Source of the DNA: Chloroflexota bacterium
GTDB taxonomy: Bacteria; Chloroflexota; Dehalococcoidia; UBA2979
NCBI GenBank assembly: GCA_003228125.1
Contig: QGNP01000001.1
Coordinates: 67,524-131,523, forward strand
Direction: 5' to 3'
DNA length: 64,000 bases
The translations under genes and the position numbers were made by a program. Below, piece after piece: positions 27,614-36,838 of the stretch (its first letter is position 1; each line of letters starts with the position of its first letter). The notes under the pieces are model-generated. The model searched no databases, was not told the DNA's origin, and worked only from the letters and a program-made list of their open reading frames with translations.

Positions 27614-28843
27614 ATGTTAGCAAAGCTATTTCCTAAAATTTATGAAGGATGGATAGTCATTTTTTCTCAAGCCATTGTTACTACGTTTGTTGGAGGTGCA
27701 TTTTTTTATGGATTCGGAGCAGTTTTTAATCCTATTGTTGATGAGTTTGGATGGAGTGTTGCTTTTGTATCTTTTGCATTTGCACTAAGATCTGAAGCAG
27801 GTGGCTTAGTAGCTCCTATTATTGGAGTTATGATTGATAATATTGGAGCACGGATAGTAATTCTTGGAGGCATAGTATGCGTTATTAGTGGAGTGCTGTT
27901 GATTTCATTTATGAATAGCCAAGTTGAATTTATTATAGCAGTGATTTTAATTGCTTTGGGGATTAGTGCTGCTTCAGGTCCAGTTGGTACCGTGGCAGCC
28001 ACAACATGGTTTGAAAAAAGACGTGCAAAAGCACTTGCTTTTTTATCTATAGGTGGCGCAGGCGCGGGAATGATGGCCTTGCCTGTAGCATGGCTAGTCG
28101 ATGAATTTGGGTGGCGTTTAGCATTACGAATTACGGCAATTATTGTTTTTTTTATCGGAAGTTTTTTAGGAACTGCAATCAGACTTAGACCTCTTGATCA
28201 TCATCAACCATTAGATGGCATTCAAGAGAATAACATAAATGAATTAATGAATAAATCCTATCAAGGCATCAAGGCTAAACAAGCTATTTTTACTCAGGGT
28301 TTTATATTTTTATCTTTTGGTTTGATTCTTCTTGGCTTTGGATGGACAGCATTAATTGTTCATCAAATACCATTTTTAGAATCATTAGGTGCTGATAAAA
28401 CTCTTGCAGGAGGCGTTGTTGTTTTATTTTCTATTTCTTCAATTGTTGGCAGACTAGCTGGTGGTTATTTTGGTGATATATATGAAAAACAAAAAGTATT
28501 GGCTGTTGCATTGCTTGTAATGGGATTGGGAATTTTTTCACTAGGATTATGCACTAATCTTTTTCAAGCAATTGTTGTTACATGTCTTGTAGCTCCTGGT
28601 TTTGGAGCAACAGCTCCATTGAGACCAGCAATTTTAGCAGATTTCTTTGGAATTCGTTCATTAGGTACTATTGCTGGATTATCACGATTTTTTGTAACCA
28701 TTGGATCCTTTGGAGGCCCAGTCCTTGTTGGCTATGTAGTTGATGCCACAAACTCATATCAATGGGGCTGGTTTTTTGTTTCTTTCCCTGTTTTTTTAGC
28801 TATACCAATCATGCTTTTAGCAAAAAAACCAGAGTTAAATTAA
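27614..28843 (+). CDS. MFS transporter
   Basis: 409 aa. 12 predicted TM helices in a 6+6 arrangement, with a central cytoplasmic loop (…RLRPLDHHQPLDGIQENN…). Confidence 0.8.
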   Translation: MLAKLFPKIYEGWIVIFSQAIVTTFVGGAFFYGFGAVFNPIVDEFGWSVAFVSFAFALRSEAGGLVAPIIGVMIDNIGARIVILGGIVCVISGVLLISFMNSQVEFIIAVILIALGISAASGPVGTVAATTWFEKRRAKALAFLSIGGAGAGMMALPVAWLVDEFGWRLALRITAIIVFFIGSFLGTAIRLRPLDHHQPLDGIQENNINELMNKSYQGIKAKQAIFTQGFIFLSFGLILLGFGWTALIVHQIPFLESLGADKTLAGGVVVLFSISSIVGRLAGGYFGDIYEKQKVLAVALLVMGLGIFSLGLCTNLFQAIVVTCLVAPGFGATAPLRPAILADFFGIRSLGTIAGLSRFFVTIGSFGGPVLVGYVVDATNSYQWGWFFVSFPVFLAIPIMLLAKKPELN

Positions 28844-29049
28844 ATAATTGGACCTCCTTTATCTATCATTTTGCCTTTTAAATCAATGACTACTGGTCTT
28901 TCTTCACAATAACCACCAAATTCACATTTATCAAATTGGAACGCTTGCGTTTCTTTATTAAAATTAATTGCCCAAGAACCAATCAAGTATTGTTTATTAT
29001 TTGTATCTTCTAAAATATCTTTAAGTGCTTGTAATTCTTTTTCTCCCAT
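28840..29049 (-). CDS. small hypothetical protein
   Basis: 69 aa. Preceded by 'AAGGAAAAACA' then ATG (plausible RBS). Overlaps the MFS stop by 4 bp. No recognisable family. Confidence 0.3.
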   Translation of the reverse strand: MGEKELQALKDILEDTNNKQYLIGSWAINFNKETQAFQFDKCEFGGYCEERPVVIDLKGKMIDKGGPII

Positions 29050-29172
29050 TGTTTTTCCTTACTACCTTAAATGAATTAATTTTAAGGAAATTTTATCTGA
29101 AGTATTCCTTTAATTTATATTCATAAGTTAGACTACTCATATAAATAATACTAGAGCAGATATTAATTTGGA

Positions 29173-30249
29173 TTGTTTTTAATTATGAATCATAAGTATT
29201 CTTTGGGTAATTTTTATGAAGATCTGTATCCAGAATTAGAAATAAATCATGCTACTCCACGGACTGTCACCGAAGGTGATCAATCAATGTATATTGCGTT
29301 AACAGCGAGTAGATTTCCCTTGCATTGTGATGCAGAATTTGCGAGATCTATAGGATTTAAACGTGAACTAGTAAATGATTTACTAGTTTTTCATATTGTA
29401 TTCGGTAATTCTGTACCAGATGTTTCATTAAATGCAATTGCAAATTTAGGATACGCAGATGTGCGTTTTGGTGTATCAGTTTATCCTGGCGACACACTTA
29501 GATCAGTAACAAAAGTTCTAGCAAGAAAAGAATCTAGTAAAGGAGATACTGGTGTTGTTTGGGTGAAAACAATAGGATTGAATCAGCACAATGAGGAAGT
29601 TTTAAGTTTTATTAGATGGGTTTTAATGGCAAAAAAAGATAAAGATATTAAAATAGAAGATTCAACATTGATTCAAACTCCTAATGAAGTGAAATCCGAT
29701 CAATTTATTATTCCAAGAGAATTGGATCTAAAAAAATTCACAAGCCGAGCTACTGGAGGTAAGTGGTTTTGGAATGATTATCAAAAAAATGAAAGAATTT
29801 TTCATGTTGAAGGAATTGCTATTGAAGAGGCCGAACACCAGATGGCAGCACGATTGTATCAAAATACTGCCAGGGCTCATTTCAATGCATATTCTTTAAA
29901 AGATAGTTTATTTGGCAAACGTGTTATCTATGGCGGGCATATAATCTCTGTTGCGAGAGAACTTTCTTTTAATGGATTAGAGAATGCTTTACGTATACTT
30001 GCTTGTAATGGGGGCACGCATAGCAATCCAACTTTTGCCGGCGATACTATTTTTTCTTTTACTGACATTATAGAATCCATTGATTTGCCAAGTGATGATT
30101 TTGGTGCATTGCGATTAAGATTAATTGCTGTTAAAAACCTTGACCCAATGAAAGAAGAGGTAGATATTAAAATAGAAAAGAATGGAAGAAGCATATATCA
30201 TCCTTCCGTGGTGTTGGATTTTGATTATACAATTTTGATGCCTAAATAA
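29173..30249 (+). CDS. MaoC-like double hot-dog (R)-specific enoyl-CoA hydratase (mesaconyl-CoA/itaconyl-CoA hydratase-like)
   Basis: 358 aa, the size of double-hotdog Mch/Ich enzymes (about 340–355 aa). The N-terminal half 'PRTVTEGDQSMYIALTASRFPLHCDAEFA…' has the MaoC dehydratase pattern. The second half is a degenerate hot-dog. Immediately upstream of a long ACAD. Confidence 0.5.
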   Translation: MFLIMNHKYSLGNFYEDLYPELEINHATPRTVTEGDQSMYIALTASRFPLHCDAEFARSIGFKRELVNDLLVFHIVFGNSVPDVSLNAIANLGYADVRFGVSVYPGDTLRSVTKVLARKESSKGDTGVVWVKTIGLNQHNEEVLSFIRWVLMAKKDKDIKIEDSTLIQTPNEVKSDQFIIPRELDLKKFTSRATGGKWFWNDYQKNERIFHVEGIAIEEAEHQMAARLYQNTARAHFNAYSLKDSLFGKRVIYGGHIISVARELSFNGLENALRILACNGGTHSNPTFAGDTIFSFTDIIESIDLPSDDFGALRLRLIAVKNLDPMKEEVDIKIEKNGRSIYHPSVVLDFDYTILMPK

Positions 30250-30276
30250 TAATTGTAGAATGAATGGAGCTTTGTT

Positions 30277-31935
30277 ATGGTTTTACCTCAAGAATCATCA
30301 GTTATTAATGAAGATCACATTCATCAATTAATTGATGAATGTGATCTTCTATTTGAAAAAATACTTCTTGCAGCATCTGAATTGACTGATCGAGGCAGCA
30401 AGATAGATGATTTTCAAGTTTTAACTGAAGACATTGCATATATTGCTACTCAAATTAGAGCAGTAAAAGAAATGAAATTGTTTAACCAAAGAATGTTAGC
30501 AGCTAATCAAGACAATGTTCAAAATGTAGAGATGACCTCTTTTTATCTAGCAGTTGTTTTAAAAGCAATGAGAGATTTTGTAACTAATCATTTGCAAATA
30601 TTGAAATTAAATGCCTCAGACTTTAGTAGGATTATGGGCAATGATTTTTATAGTGCGTATAGTGGATTAACTTCTGAACAAAGGATTCGATCATTGGGAA
30701 AAAAGATTATAGATTCAAGAGGGATAAATAACATTAATTTAGAAGATGAAGTAGCAACTTTGACAAGAGAAATGGCAAGAGATTTTGCGGCAAAAGAAGT
30801 CAAGCCAATTGCACAAGAAATTCATCGAAACGATCTGTTAGTTCCTGATGATTTAATAAATAAATTTTCAGAGCAAGGTTTTTTTGGCTCTTCTATTCCA
30901 GAAGAATATGGTGGAACTGGAATGGGTGATTTGTCAATGGTTATTATTACTGAAGAGTTATCTGCTGCATCACTAGCAGCAGCTGGTTCGCTTGCTACTC
31001 GTCCAGAAATTCTATCTAAGGCATTGCTTGCTGGCGGAACTGATGAACAAAAAAAAGAATGGCTGCCTAAGATTGCCAGGGGAGAAACTTTAGTTGCAAT
31101 TGCTGTAACTGAGCCAGATACTGGTTCAGATGTTAGCTCGTTACAAACTAAGGCAGAACCATCTAACTTAAATGGAATAAAAGGTTGGAAAATTAATGGC
31201 TCTAAAGCATGGAGTACTTTTTCAGGAAGAGCCAATGTTTTGGCTTTACTTGCCAGAACAGATGAAGACATAGCAAAAGGTGCAAAAGGTCTATCATTAT
31301 TTATAGTTCCAAAGGATTCTTTTAATGGGCATACATGGGAATACAAACAAAAATCAGGTGGTTCTATTCAAGGAACTGCAAATCCTACACCTGGTTATAG
31401 AGGAATGCATTCCTATACACTTGCCATAGAGGATTTTTGGGTTCCGCATACTAATCTTGTTGGAGAAGATTCAGGCATTAATAAAGGTTTTTATTTACAA
31501 ATGGGTGGTTTTGCTGTTGGCAGATTGCAGACAGGAGGCCGAGCGATTGGAGTTGCACAGGCAGCTTTAGAGAAAGCATGTAATTACGTAAGTGATCGAT
31601 CTCAATTTAAAAATAAGTTATCTGAATATCAATTAACTCAATATAAAATTGGAAGCATGGCAACTTCTATTGCAGCAGGAAGACATCTTACATATGCTGC
31701 TGCAAAAACATTTCATACGCGCTCAATTGAAGCGGCTATGTGTAAATTATTAACATGTGATATTGCTGGAGAAGTCACGCGTGAAGCATTATTATTACAT
31801 GGTGGATGGGGGTTTTCTGAAGAAGATCCAATATCGAGATATACAATCGATGCACTTGTTTTACCAATATTCGAAGGCGTTAAACCCATTTTAGAGCTTA
31901 AAGTTATTGGCAGAGAACTTCTTTCAAAAAAATAA
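30277..31935 (+). CDS. acyl-CoA dehydrogenase with about 170-aa N-terminal extension (methylsuccinyl-CoA dehydrogenase-like)
   Basis: 552 aa. ACAD core 'AIAVTEPDTGSDVSSLQTKAEP' and a C-terminal catalytic region. The N-terminal extension and overall length match the Mcd-type ACADs (about 550 aa). The specific substrate is inferred, not shown. Confidence 0.6.
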   Translation: MVLPQESSVINEDHIHQLIDECDLLFEKILLAASELTDRGSKIDDFQVLTEDIAYIATQIRAVKEMKLFNQRMLAANQDNVQNVEMTSFYLAVVLKAMRDFVTNHLQILKLNASDFSRIMGNDFYSAYSGLTSEQRIRSLGKKIIDSRGINNINLEDEVATLTREMARDFAAKEVKPIAQEIHRNDLLVPDDLINKFSEQGFFGSSIPEEYGGTGMGDLSMVIITEELSAASLAAAGSLATRPEILSKALLAGGTDEQKKEWLPKIARGETLVAIAVTEPDTGSDVSSLQTKAEPSNLNGIKGWKINGSKAWSTFSGRANVLALLARTDEDIAKGAKGLSLFIVPKDSFNGHTWEYKQKSGGSIQGTANPTPGYRGMHSYTLAIEDFWVPHTNLVGEDSGINKGFYLQMGGFAVGRLQTGGRAIGVAQAALEKACNYVSDRSQFKNKLSEYQLTQYKIGSMATSIAAGRHLTYAAAKTFHTRSIEAAMCKLLTCDIAGEVTREALLLHGGWGFSEEDPISRYTIDALVLPIFEGVKPILELKVIGRELLSKK

Positions 31936-32383
31936 TATTGGATATAAATTGAAAATTGCAATTGCTTCAGATCATGCAGGTTTTAAATATAAGCAAATTG
32001 TCATGCTTTATCTCAAAAATAAAAAAATAGAAGTTATTGATTTTGGGACTAATTCAGAAGTAGTCGTCGATTATCCAACTTATATTAAACCTGCTGTCAT
32101 GGCTGTTTCTCAGGGAAAAGTAGATAGAGCTGTCATATTTGGTGGCTCAGGTAATGGCGAAGCAATGGTTGCTAATAGAATTAAAGGTATTAGATGTGCT
32201 GTGAGTTGGAATGTTTTATCAGCAGAATACGCTAGAAAACACAATGATGCCAATGTTCTTTCAATAGGTGAAAGATTGACTTCATCAGATGATCTTCCAA
32301 ATATCATTGATGCATGGCTCTCTACTGAATTTGAAGGAGGAAGACATATTAGAAGAATAGAAATGATTGACTTTGAAACATAA
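31907..32383 (+). CDS. rpiB: ribose-5-phosphate isomerase B (RpiB/LacAB family)
   Basis: 'LKIAIASDHAGFKYK' matches the RpiB N-terminus (MKIAIGSDHAGF). The likely true start is TTG at 31949, just after the ACAD stop, rather than ATG at 31907, which overlaps it. 'GGSGNGEAMVANR' and the Cys/His region are conserved. Confidence 0.8.
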   Translation: MAENFFQKNNIGYKLKIAIASDHAGFKYKQIVMLYLKNKKIEVIDFGTNSEVVVDYPTYIKPAVMAVSQGKVDRAVIFGGSGNGEAMVANRIKGIRCAVSWNVLSAEYARKHNDANVLSIGERLTSSDDLPNIIDAWLSTEFEGGRHIRRIEMIDFET

Positions 32384-32386
32384 ATT

Positions 32387-32605
32387 TTAATATAATTTTT
32401 TAATAATTATTGAATCATCTTTAACAATATTTATACATAAATCGCATAAGGTGCATTCATCAAGAAACTCTTCTTTAGTATTAAGTTCATTATCTTTTAG
32501 TTCAAAAATATCAACCGGACATACTTCAATTATTTTTTTAGCTAGTTCTTTATTTTTTTTAATTTTATCCTGGATAATTACATTTATAAACATACCATTT
32601 GGCAT
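32387..32605 (-). CDS. small ferredoxin-like protein, single [4Fe-4S]-type Cys motif (CP…CxxCxxC)
   Basis: 72 aa. Only four Cys: 'EVCPVD' (Cys-Pro) then 'ECTLCDLC' 23 residues later. Starts 10 bp after the SucD-like stop on the same strand, so probably co-transcribed. Confidence 0.4.
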   Translation of the reverse strand: MPNGMFINVIIQDKIKKNKELAKKIIEVCPVDIFELKDNELNTKEEFLDECTLCDLCINIVKDDSIIIKKLY

Positions 32606-32614
32606 TTAATTCAC

Positions 32615-33511
32615 CTAACTTATTAATTCTTTTAATTTCATTGGTATCTCTTCAATTCGCTCGACTACTGTAATGCCTGCTTCTTGCATTCTAATAATCT
32701 TTTCTTCAGTTGTATCTGCTTTGCCTTCTACAATTGTGCCAGCATGACCGAAGCGCATACCTGGCATAGCATCCATGAATTTGCCTGCCATAAATGCAAC
32801 AATAGGTAGCTTTCTATTTGATTTTTTTACGTATTCTGCTAATAAAATTTCGGCTCGACCTCCAGGCTCTGAATAAATTGCTATACCTTTTGTATCATTA
32901 TCTTGATCGAATAATGGCATTAATTCTGCGTAAGAAGAACCTATAATTACATCTCCGCCAATTGAAATAGCTGTACTGACGCCTAAGCCAGAAGAAGATA
33001 AACTGTTAGCAATTTCTACTGTCATTCCTCCAGATCTAGACATTATACCAATATTTCCAGGGACAAATGCCCTTTTAGTTGCTTCTGCAGATCCTCCAAT
33101 GCCTCCCATTTTTGATTTACCAGGACTAATTATACCTAAGCAATTTGGTCCAATAATTCGAGCATTTTGTTGTTGAGCAAATTCTACGAATTGAGCGACT
33201 TGTTTTCGAGGAATTCTTTCAGTGACTACAACGATGAGCTTTATCCCAGCATCAAGAGCTTCCATGACTGCATCTGTTGTAAATGCAGGCGGAACAACAA
33301 TGATAGATCCATCAATTTTTTGATTATCCGTAAAAGCTTTTACAGTATCTTCAACAGGCACACCATGTACTTCCCTTCCTTTTTTTCCGGGAGTTACTCC
33401 TCCAACAAGCTTTGAACCGTAGTCAATTAATTCTTTCGCCATTGTAACTGCTTCTCTGCCAGTTATACCTTGTATTATAAATTTTGACCCTTCATCGATA
33501 AGAATGGACAT
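32615..33511 (-). CDS. NDP-forming CoA ligase alpha subunit (succinyl-CoA synthetase SucD-like; could be malate/other dicarboxylate-CoA ligase)
   Basis: 298 aa. N-terminal CoA-binding Rossmann region 'IIQGITGREAV'. Phospho-His loop 'RFGHAGTIVEG'. Overlaps the beta-subunit gene with adjacent stop/start. Confidence 0.85.
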   Translation of the reverse strand: MSILIDEGSKFIIQGITGREAVTMAKELIDYGSKLVGGVTPGKKGREVHGVPVEDTVKAFTDNQKIDGSIIVVPPAFTTDAVMEALDAGIKLIVVVTERIPRKQVAQFVEFAQQQNARIIGPNCLGIISPGKSKMGGIGGSAEATKRAFVPGNIGIMSRSGGMTVEIANSLSSSGLGVSTAISIGGDVIIGSSYAELMPLFDQDNDTKGIAIYSEPGGRAEILLAEYVKKSNRKLPIVAFMAGKFMDAMPGMRFGHAGTIVEGKADTTEEKIIRMQEAGITVVERIEEIPMKLKELIS

Positions 33512-34720
33512 CTATTGTTCCTCTTGCATTTTTTTAACTGATATATTGGCCGCTTCGTACATTGAGACTGTTCTATCAACATATTCTACTTCATATTTAT
33601 TAAGTATTTTAAATCCTTCTTCTTCCCATGATCCAGGTATTCTAAAAATAGTTATTTTATCTTTTGGCTTAAAACCAGCCTCTATCACTCCTTTAATGAC
33701 ACCTCTTGCTACGATATCTACTCGTGTATTTGAAACAACATTCATCATAACAGCGATTTTTTCTACTCCTGGTTTTGATACGATTAGTTTTGTGAGCTCA
33801 GCTGTTTTTTTTACTGATGGGTTGCCGCCAATTTCACAATAATTAGCTGGCTTTCCTCCTGCATTTGTGACAGCATCAAATAATGTTAGAGAACCACCTC
33901 CTGCACCAATAATAAGTCCGAGGTTTCCACTAAATTCAGTTACATTTCCTGCAACTCCTCTGGTGTCCTGTGCATCGACAGCTGCTCCATCAATTTCAAA
34001 TTGAGTTGGTGGTCTCGACTGCCTAGTATCTTCTTTATTGATATTTAATTCAGTCAATAAGTCTTGATGATAATTCCTAGCCTCTGCCTCCATGTCCATG
34101 TGTCCATCAAGCGCTATAAAAGAACCGTCATTTAATTTAGCTATTGGGTTTATTTCAGCTAATGTTAAATCATATTTATTAAAAATATCTATTAAACCTT
34201 TTAACATGCGTGAAAGAGAATTGAGATCTTTTCCTGTAATTCCAACATTTGAAACTGCAATTTTTGCACTATAATCATATATTGGCTTTAAATTTGATAA
34301 ATGAGTTCTTGAAACATGAGAAGGATATTTTTCTGCTACTTCTTCGATGTCAATGCCACCCATGTCACTAAAAATTAACACTGGTTTTTTTTCAACTCCA
34401 TCCCAAGTTATTGCAGCATAATATTCTTGAGAAATACCTGATTTAGGTTCGACAATTACGCATACTGGTTTAAGATTATTTATTGTTAATGCAAGTATTT
34501 CTTCAGTATATTTTTTTGTTGTCTCGTAATTTGCAGAGAATTTAACTCCGCCAGCTTTCATTCTTCCTCCAGAAAGTACTTGAGATTTAATAACAACTTC
34601 GCAATTTAATTCTTTATGAATTTTCATTGCATCATCAGGATTAGTGGCTATCCCTCCTGATGGGATAGTAATATTAAATTTTTTTAGAACTTGCTTTGAC
34701 TCATATTCATAAAATCGCAT
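33512..34720 (-). CDS. NDP-forming CoA ligase beta subunit (ATP-grasp; SucC/MtkA-like, divergent)
   Basis: 402 aa. 'MRFYEYESKQVLKKFNITIP' resembles the SucC N-terminus. ATP-grasp 'RMKAGGVK'. C-terminal ligase_CoA domain 'IGAGGGSLTLFDAVTNAGGKPANYCEIGGNP'. Noticeably divergent from canonical SucC. Confidence 0.75.
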   Translation of the reverse strand: MRFYEYESKQVLKKFNITIPSGGIATNPDDAMKIHKELNCEVVIKSQVLSGGRMKAGGVKFSANYETTKKYTEEILALTINNLKPVCVIVEPKSGISQEYYAAITWDGVEKKPVLIFSDMGGIDIEEVAEKYPSHVSRTHLSNLKPIYDYSAKIAVSNVGITGKDLNSLSRMLKGLIDIFNKYDLTLAEINPIAKLNDGSFIALDGHMDMEAEARNYHQDLLTELNINKEDTRQSRPPTQFEIDGAAVDAQDTRGVAGNVTEFSGNLGLIIGAGGGSLTLFDAVTNAGGKPANYCEIGGNPSVKKTAELTKLIVSKPGVEKIAVMMNVVSNTRVDIVARGVIKGVIEAGFKPKDKITIFRIPGSWEEEGFKILNKYEVEYVDRTVSMYEAANISVKKMQEEQ

Positions 34721-34737
34721 AAATACTCTTTAAAATT

Positions 34738-35790
34738 TTATAATTTATATAACTTAGCTAAATCTTTATCACGTTTAGCAATTAATTCAGCTGTTCGTAT
34801 CATTACTTGCGCTTGCTTGAAAGTCGCATCATCTTGCATTTTTCCATCTATCATTGCTACTCCAGAACCATCGCCCATTTCATTTATAATTTTTTTTGCA
34901 AAAATAACCTCTTCTGGAGGAGGGCTGAATACTCTTTTTGCTATTGTGATTTGAGATGGATGAATTGACCATGCACCAACGCAACCCATTAAAAATGCAT
35001 TTCTAAATTGATCTTCGCAAGCTAATTGATCTCCTATGTCTCCAAAAGGTCCATAGAAAGGGTATATTCCTGATATATTACATGCATCAACCATTCTTGC
35101 TATTGTGTAGTGCCATAAATCTTGTTGTGCAATTTGTCGACTTGATTCAGGGTTAGATTTATCAGGATCATTTCTTACTAAGTACCCAGGGTGACCTCCG
35201 CCTACTCTAGTTGTTTTCATTCTTCGTGAAGCAGCTAAATCTGCAGGCCCTAGACTAATTCCTTGCATTCTTGGACTAGATGTTGCAATGCTTTCAACAT
35301 TAGCTACTCCAATAGCTGTTTCTAAAATAGCATGAATCATTATAGGTTTTTTAATATTATTTTTTGCTTCAAGTTGTGCTAAAAGTTGATCTAAGAATTG
35401 TATGTCTCTTGGACCATTAACTTTGGGCAACATAATGACATCTAGCTTGTCGCCAATTGTGCTTACTAAAGATATTACGTCATCTAAAAACCATGGACTA
35501 TCCAGGCTGTTGATGCGCGTCCATAGCATTGTATCTTGAAAGTCATTAGCGCTCGCTATTTTAATTAGTCCCTCTCTTGCAATAATTTTGTTATTTGATG
35601 CAACGGCATCTTCCAGATTGCCTAAAAGCACATCTACTGTCGGTATGATGTCTTTAATTTTATCTATCATCCTTGCATTACTAGGATCAAAAAAATGGAT
35701 CATTCTCATTGGAACAGCTGGAATTTCCTTAAGAGGTAATGGGGCTCCAATTGCAAGTGGTTCGTAAAAAGTTTTTGGATTAGAGTGCAT
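34738..35790 (-). CDS. HpcH/HpaI-CitE family CoA-ester lyase (malyl-CoA/β-methylmalyl-CoA/citramalyl-CoA lyase-like)
   Basis: 350 aa, the length and pattern of Mcl/CitE-like lyases: a TIM-barrel 'IMLPKV' Mg-binding region and a C-terminal lid. First gene of the lyase-ligase-ferredoxin array. Confidence 0.7.
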   Translation of the reverse strand: MHSNPKTFYEPLAIGAPLPLKEIPAVPMRMIHFFDPSNARMIDKIKDIIPTVDVLLGNLEDAVASNNKIIAREGLIKIASANDFQDTMLWTRINSLDSPWFLDDVISLVSTIGDKLDVIMLPKVNGPRDIQFLDQLLAQLEAKNNIKKPIMIHAILETAIGVANVESIATSSPRMQGISLGPADLAASRRMKTTRVGGGHPGYLVRNDPDKSNPESSRQIAQQDLWHYTIARMVDACNISGIYPFYGPFGDIGDQLACEDQFRNAFLMGCVGAWSIHPSQITIAKRVFSPPPEEVIFAKKIINEMGDGSGVAMIDGKMQDDATFKQAQVMIRTAELIAKRDKDLAKLYKL

Positions 35791-35878
35791 TCTGAATTAA
35801 CCTCATTGTTATAATTTTAATTTAACAGTTTTATACATGAAGATATATTGCTATTAGTAATAATATTTATTTTAATAT

Positions 35879-36586
35879 TCAGTCATTTAAATAATTTTTG
35901 AAAAATTTATTTATAAACCAATTAAGCAGCACCATCATTAGGCCACTCGCAATAAATATTATTATAGATAATTGCAGATCTCTTATAATTTCATGTAAGT
36001 ACCAATGATAATAAGTGATAATGCTATTTGTTGAAAAAAATATTTGTATAATAAATTTTTCAATTAATGTTAATAGCATAATTGGCACAGCACTAACAGC
36101 AATTACTCCTCCTATTAAAGATAATGCTTTTAATTTATCAATAATGATTAATCCAAGGGAGCAACACATGAATAACATAATTGAATATTTATATATAAAT
36201 TTAAATGTTTGTTGATTTTTAATTGACAATAAGTTGTAAAATTGATCTACAAAAAAAATATTTTTATTTTGAAAATAGCTATTATTTTTTTCTTGATGCA
36301 CCAGTGCATCAGCTCCATCGGTATATAGTTTTAGTGACATTATTGTTGTTAAATATGCAGCTAGATCCTCACTGCTTAATTCAAGTTGTTGTTTTTGCAG
36401 TGTAATACCTTGGACAGGAAAAAGATTAGTGTATTGAGCTTGAGGCTTTGATGAGCCATGGTCTTGTTTAATGAACGCGGCAGTTTGATTTACATCACCA
36501 AGCCAGTTAATTGTTTCACTAATTATTTGTTTTGCACGAGTCTCTTTTTTTATTTCCAATATATTGATAGATATTATTATTAACAA
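35879..36586 (-). CDS. hypothetical membrane protein
   Basis: 235-aa ORF. The C-terminal half has 3–4 hydrophobic helices. The N-terminal start is uncertain. No family recognised. Confidence 0.35.
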   Translation of the reverse strand: MLIIISINILEIKKETRAKQIISETINWLGDVNQTAAFIKQDHGSSKPQAQYTNLFPVQGITLQKQQLELSSEDLAAYLTTIMSLKLYTDGADALVHQEKNNSYFQNKNIFFVDQFYNLLSIKNQQTFKFIYKYSIMLFMCCSLGLIIIDKLKALSLIGGVIAVSAVPIMLLTLIEKFIIQIFFSTNSIITYYHWYLHEIIRDLQLSIIIFIASGLMMVLLNWFINKFFKNYLND

Positions 36587-36838
36587 TGATGCAAAAAAAG
36601 CCAGAATACATATAGCGATGCTAGTTAGATTACTTTTTTTTTCTAAAGCAGTTTCAAAATTATTAATGATTAAAAATCCTTATGTTGTAATTATTAATTT
36701 TACTCATCATGAATAACTATTAGCAATTAAGTATAAAATTTAATAAAAATATTTATCTATTTTTTTTTTCGTTCTCTTTTCAATAGTTCTAGATAGGAGT
36801 ACACTTTTCTAATTCTTATTGAAGATAGAAGTGTTATC

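Noticed and set aside
30822-31346. 174-aa ORF antisense to the long ACAD, and other internal ORFs (23005–23310, 33504–33842, 41438–42079, 51481–52413 and others)
   Set aside because: They are embedded in well-supported genes. Their S/P/A-rich or hydrophobic translations are typical of reverse-frame artefacts. The gene-dense genome leaves no room for nested genes without evidence.
32615-34720. Calling the CoA ligase definitively sucCD (housekeeping succinyl-CoA synthetase) or definitively mtkAB
   Set aside because: Sequence alone confirms phospho-His and ATP-grasp ligase architecture only. The beta subunit is divergent, and the context next to a CitE-like lyase is suggestive. Substrate specificity cannot be assigned without phylogeny or whole-genome inventory, so the name was left generic.
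36587-36838. Possible c-di-AMP (ydaO/kimA) riboswitch upstream of the TrkH/KtrB–KtrA potassium transporter
   Set aside because: This would be the expected placement in Gram-positives. But the 252-bp leader is uniformly AT-rich and lacks any of the conserved G/C-rich ydaO core elements (the GGGGA/ACGGGG/CCGCC-type motifs). No supporting sequence evidence.
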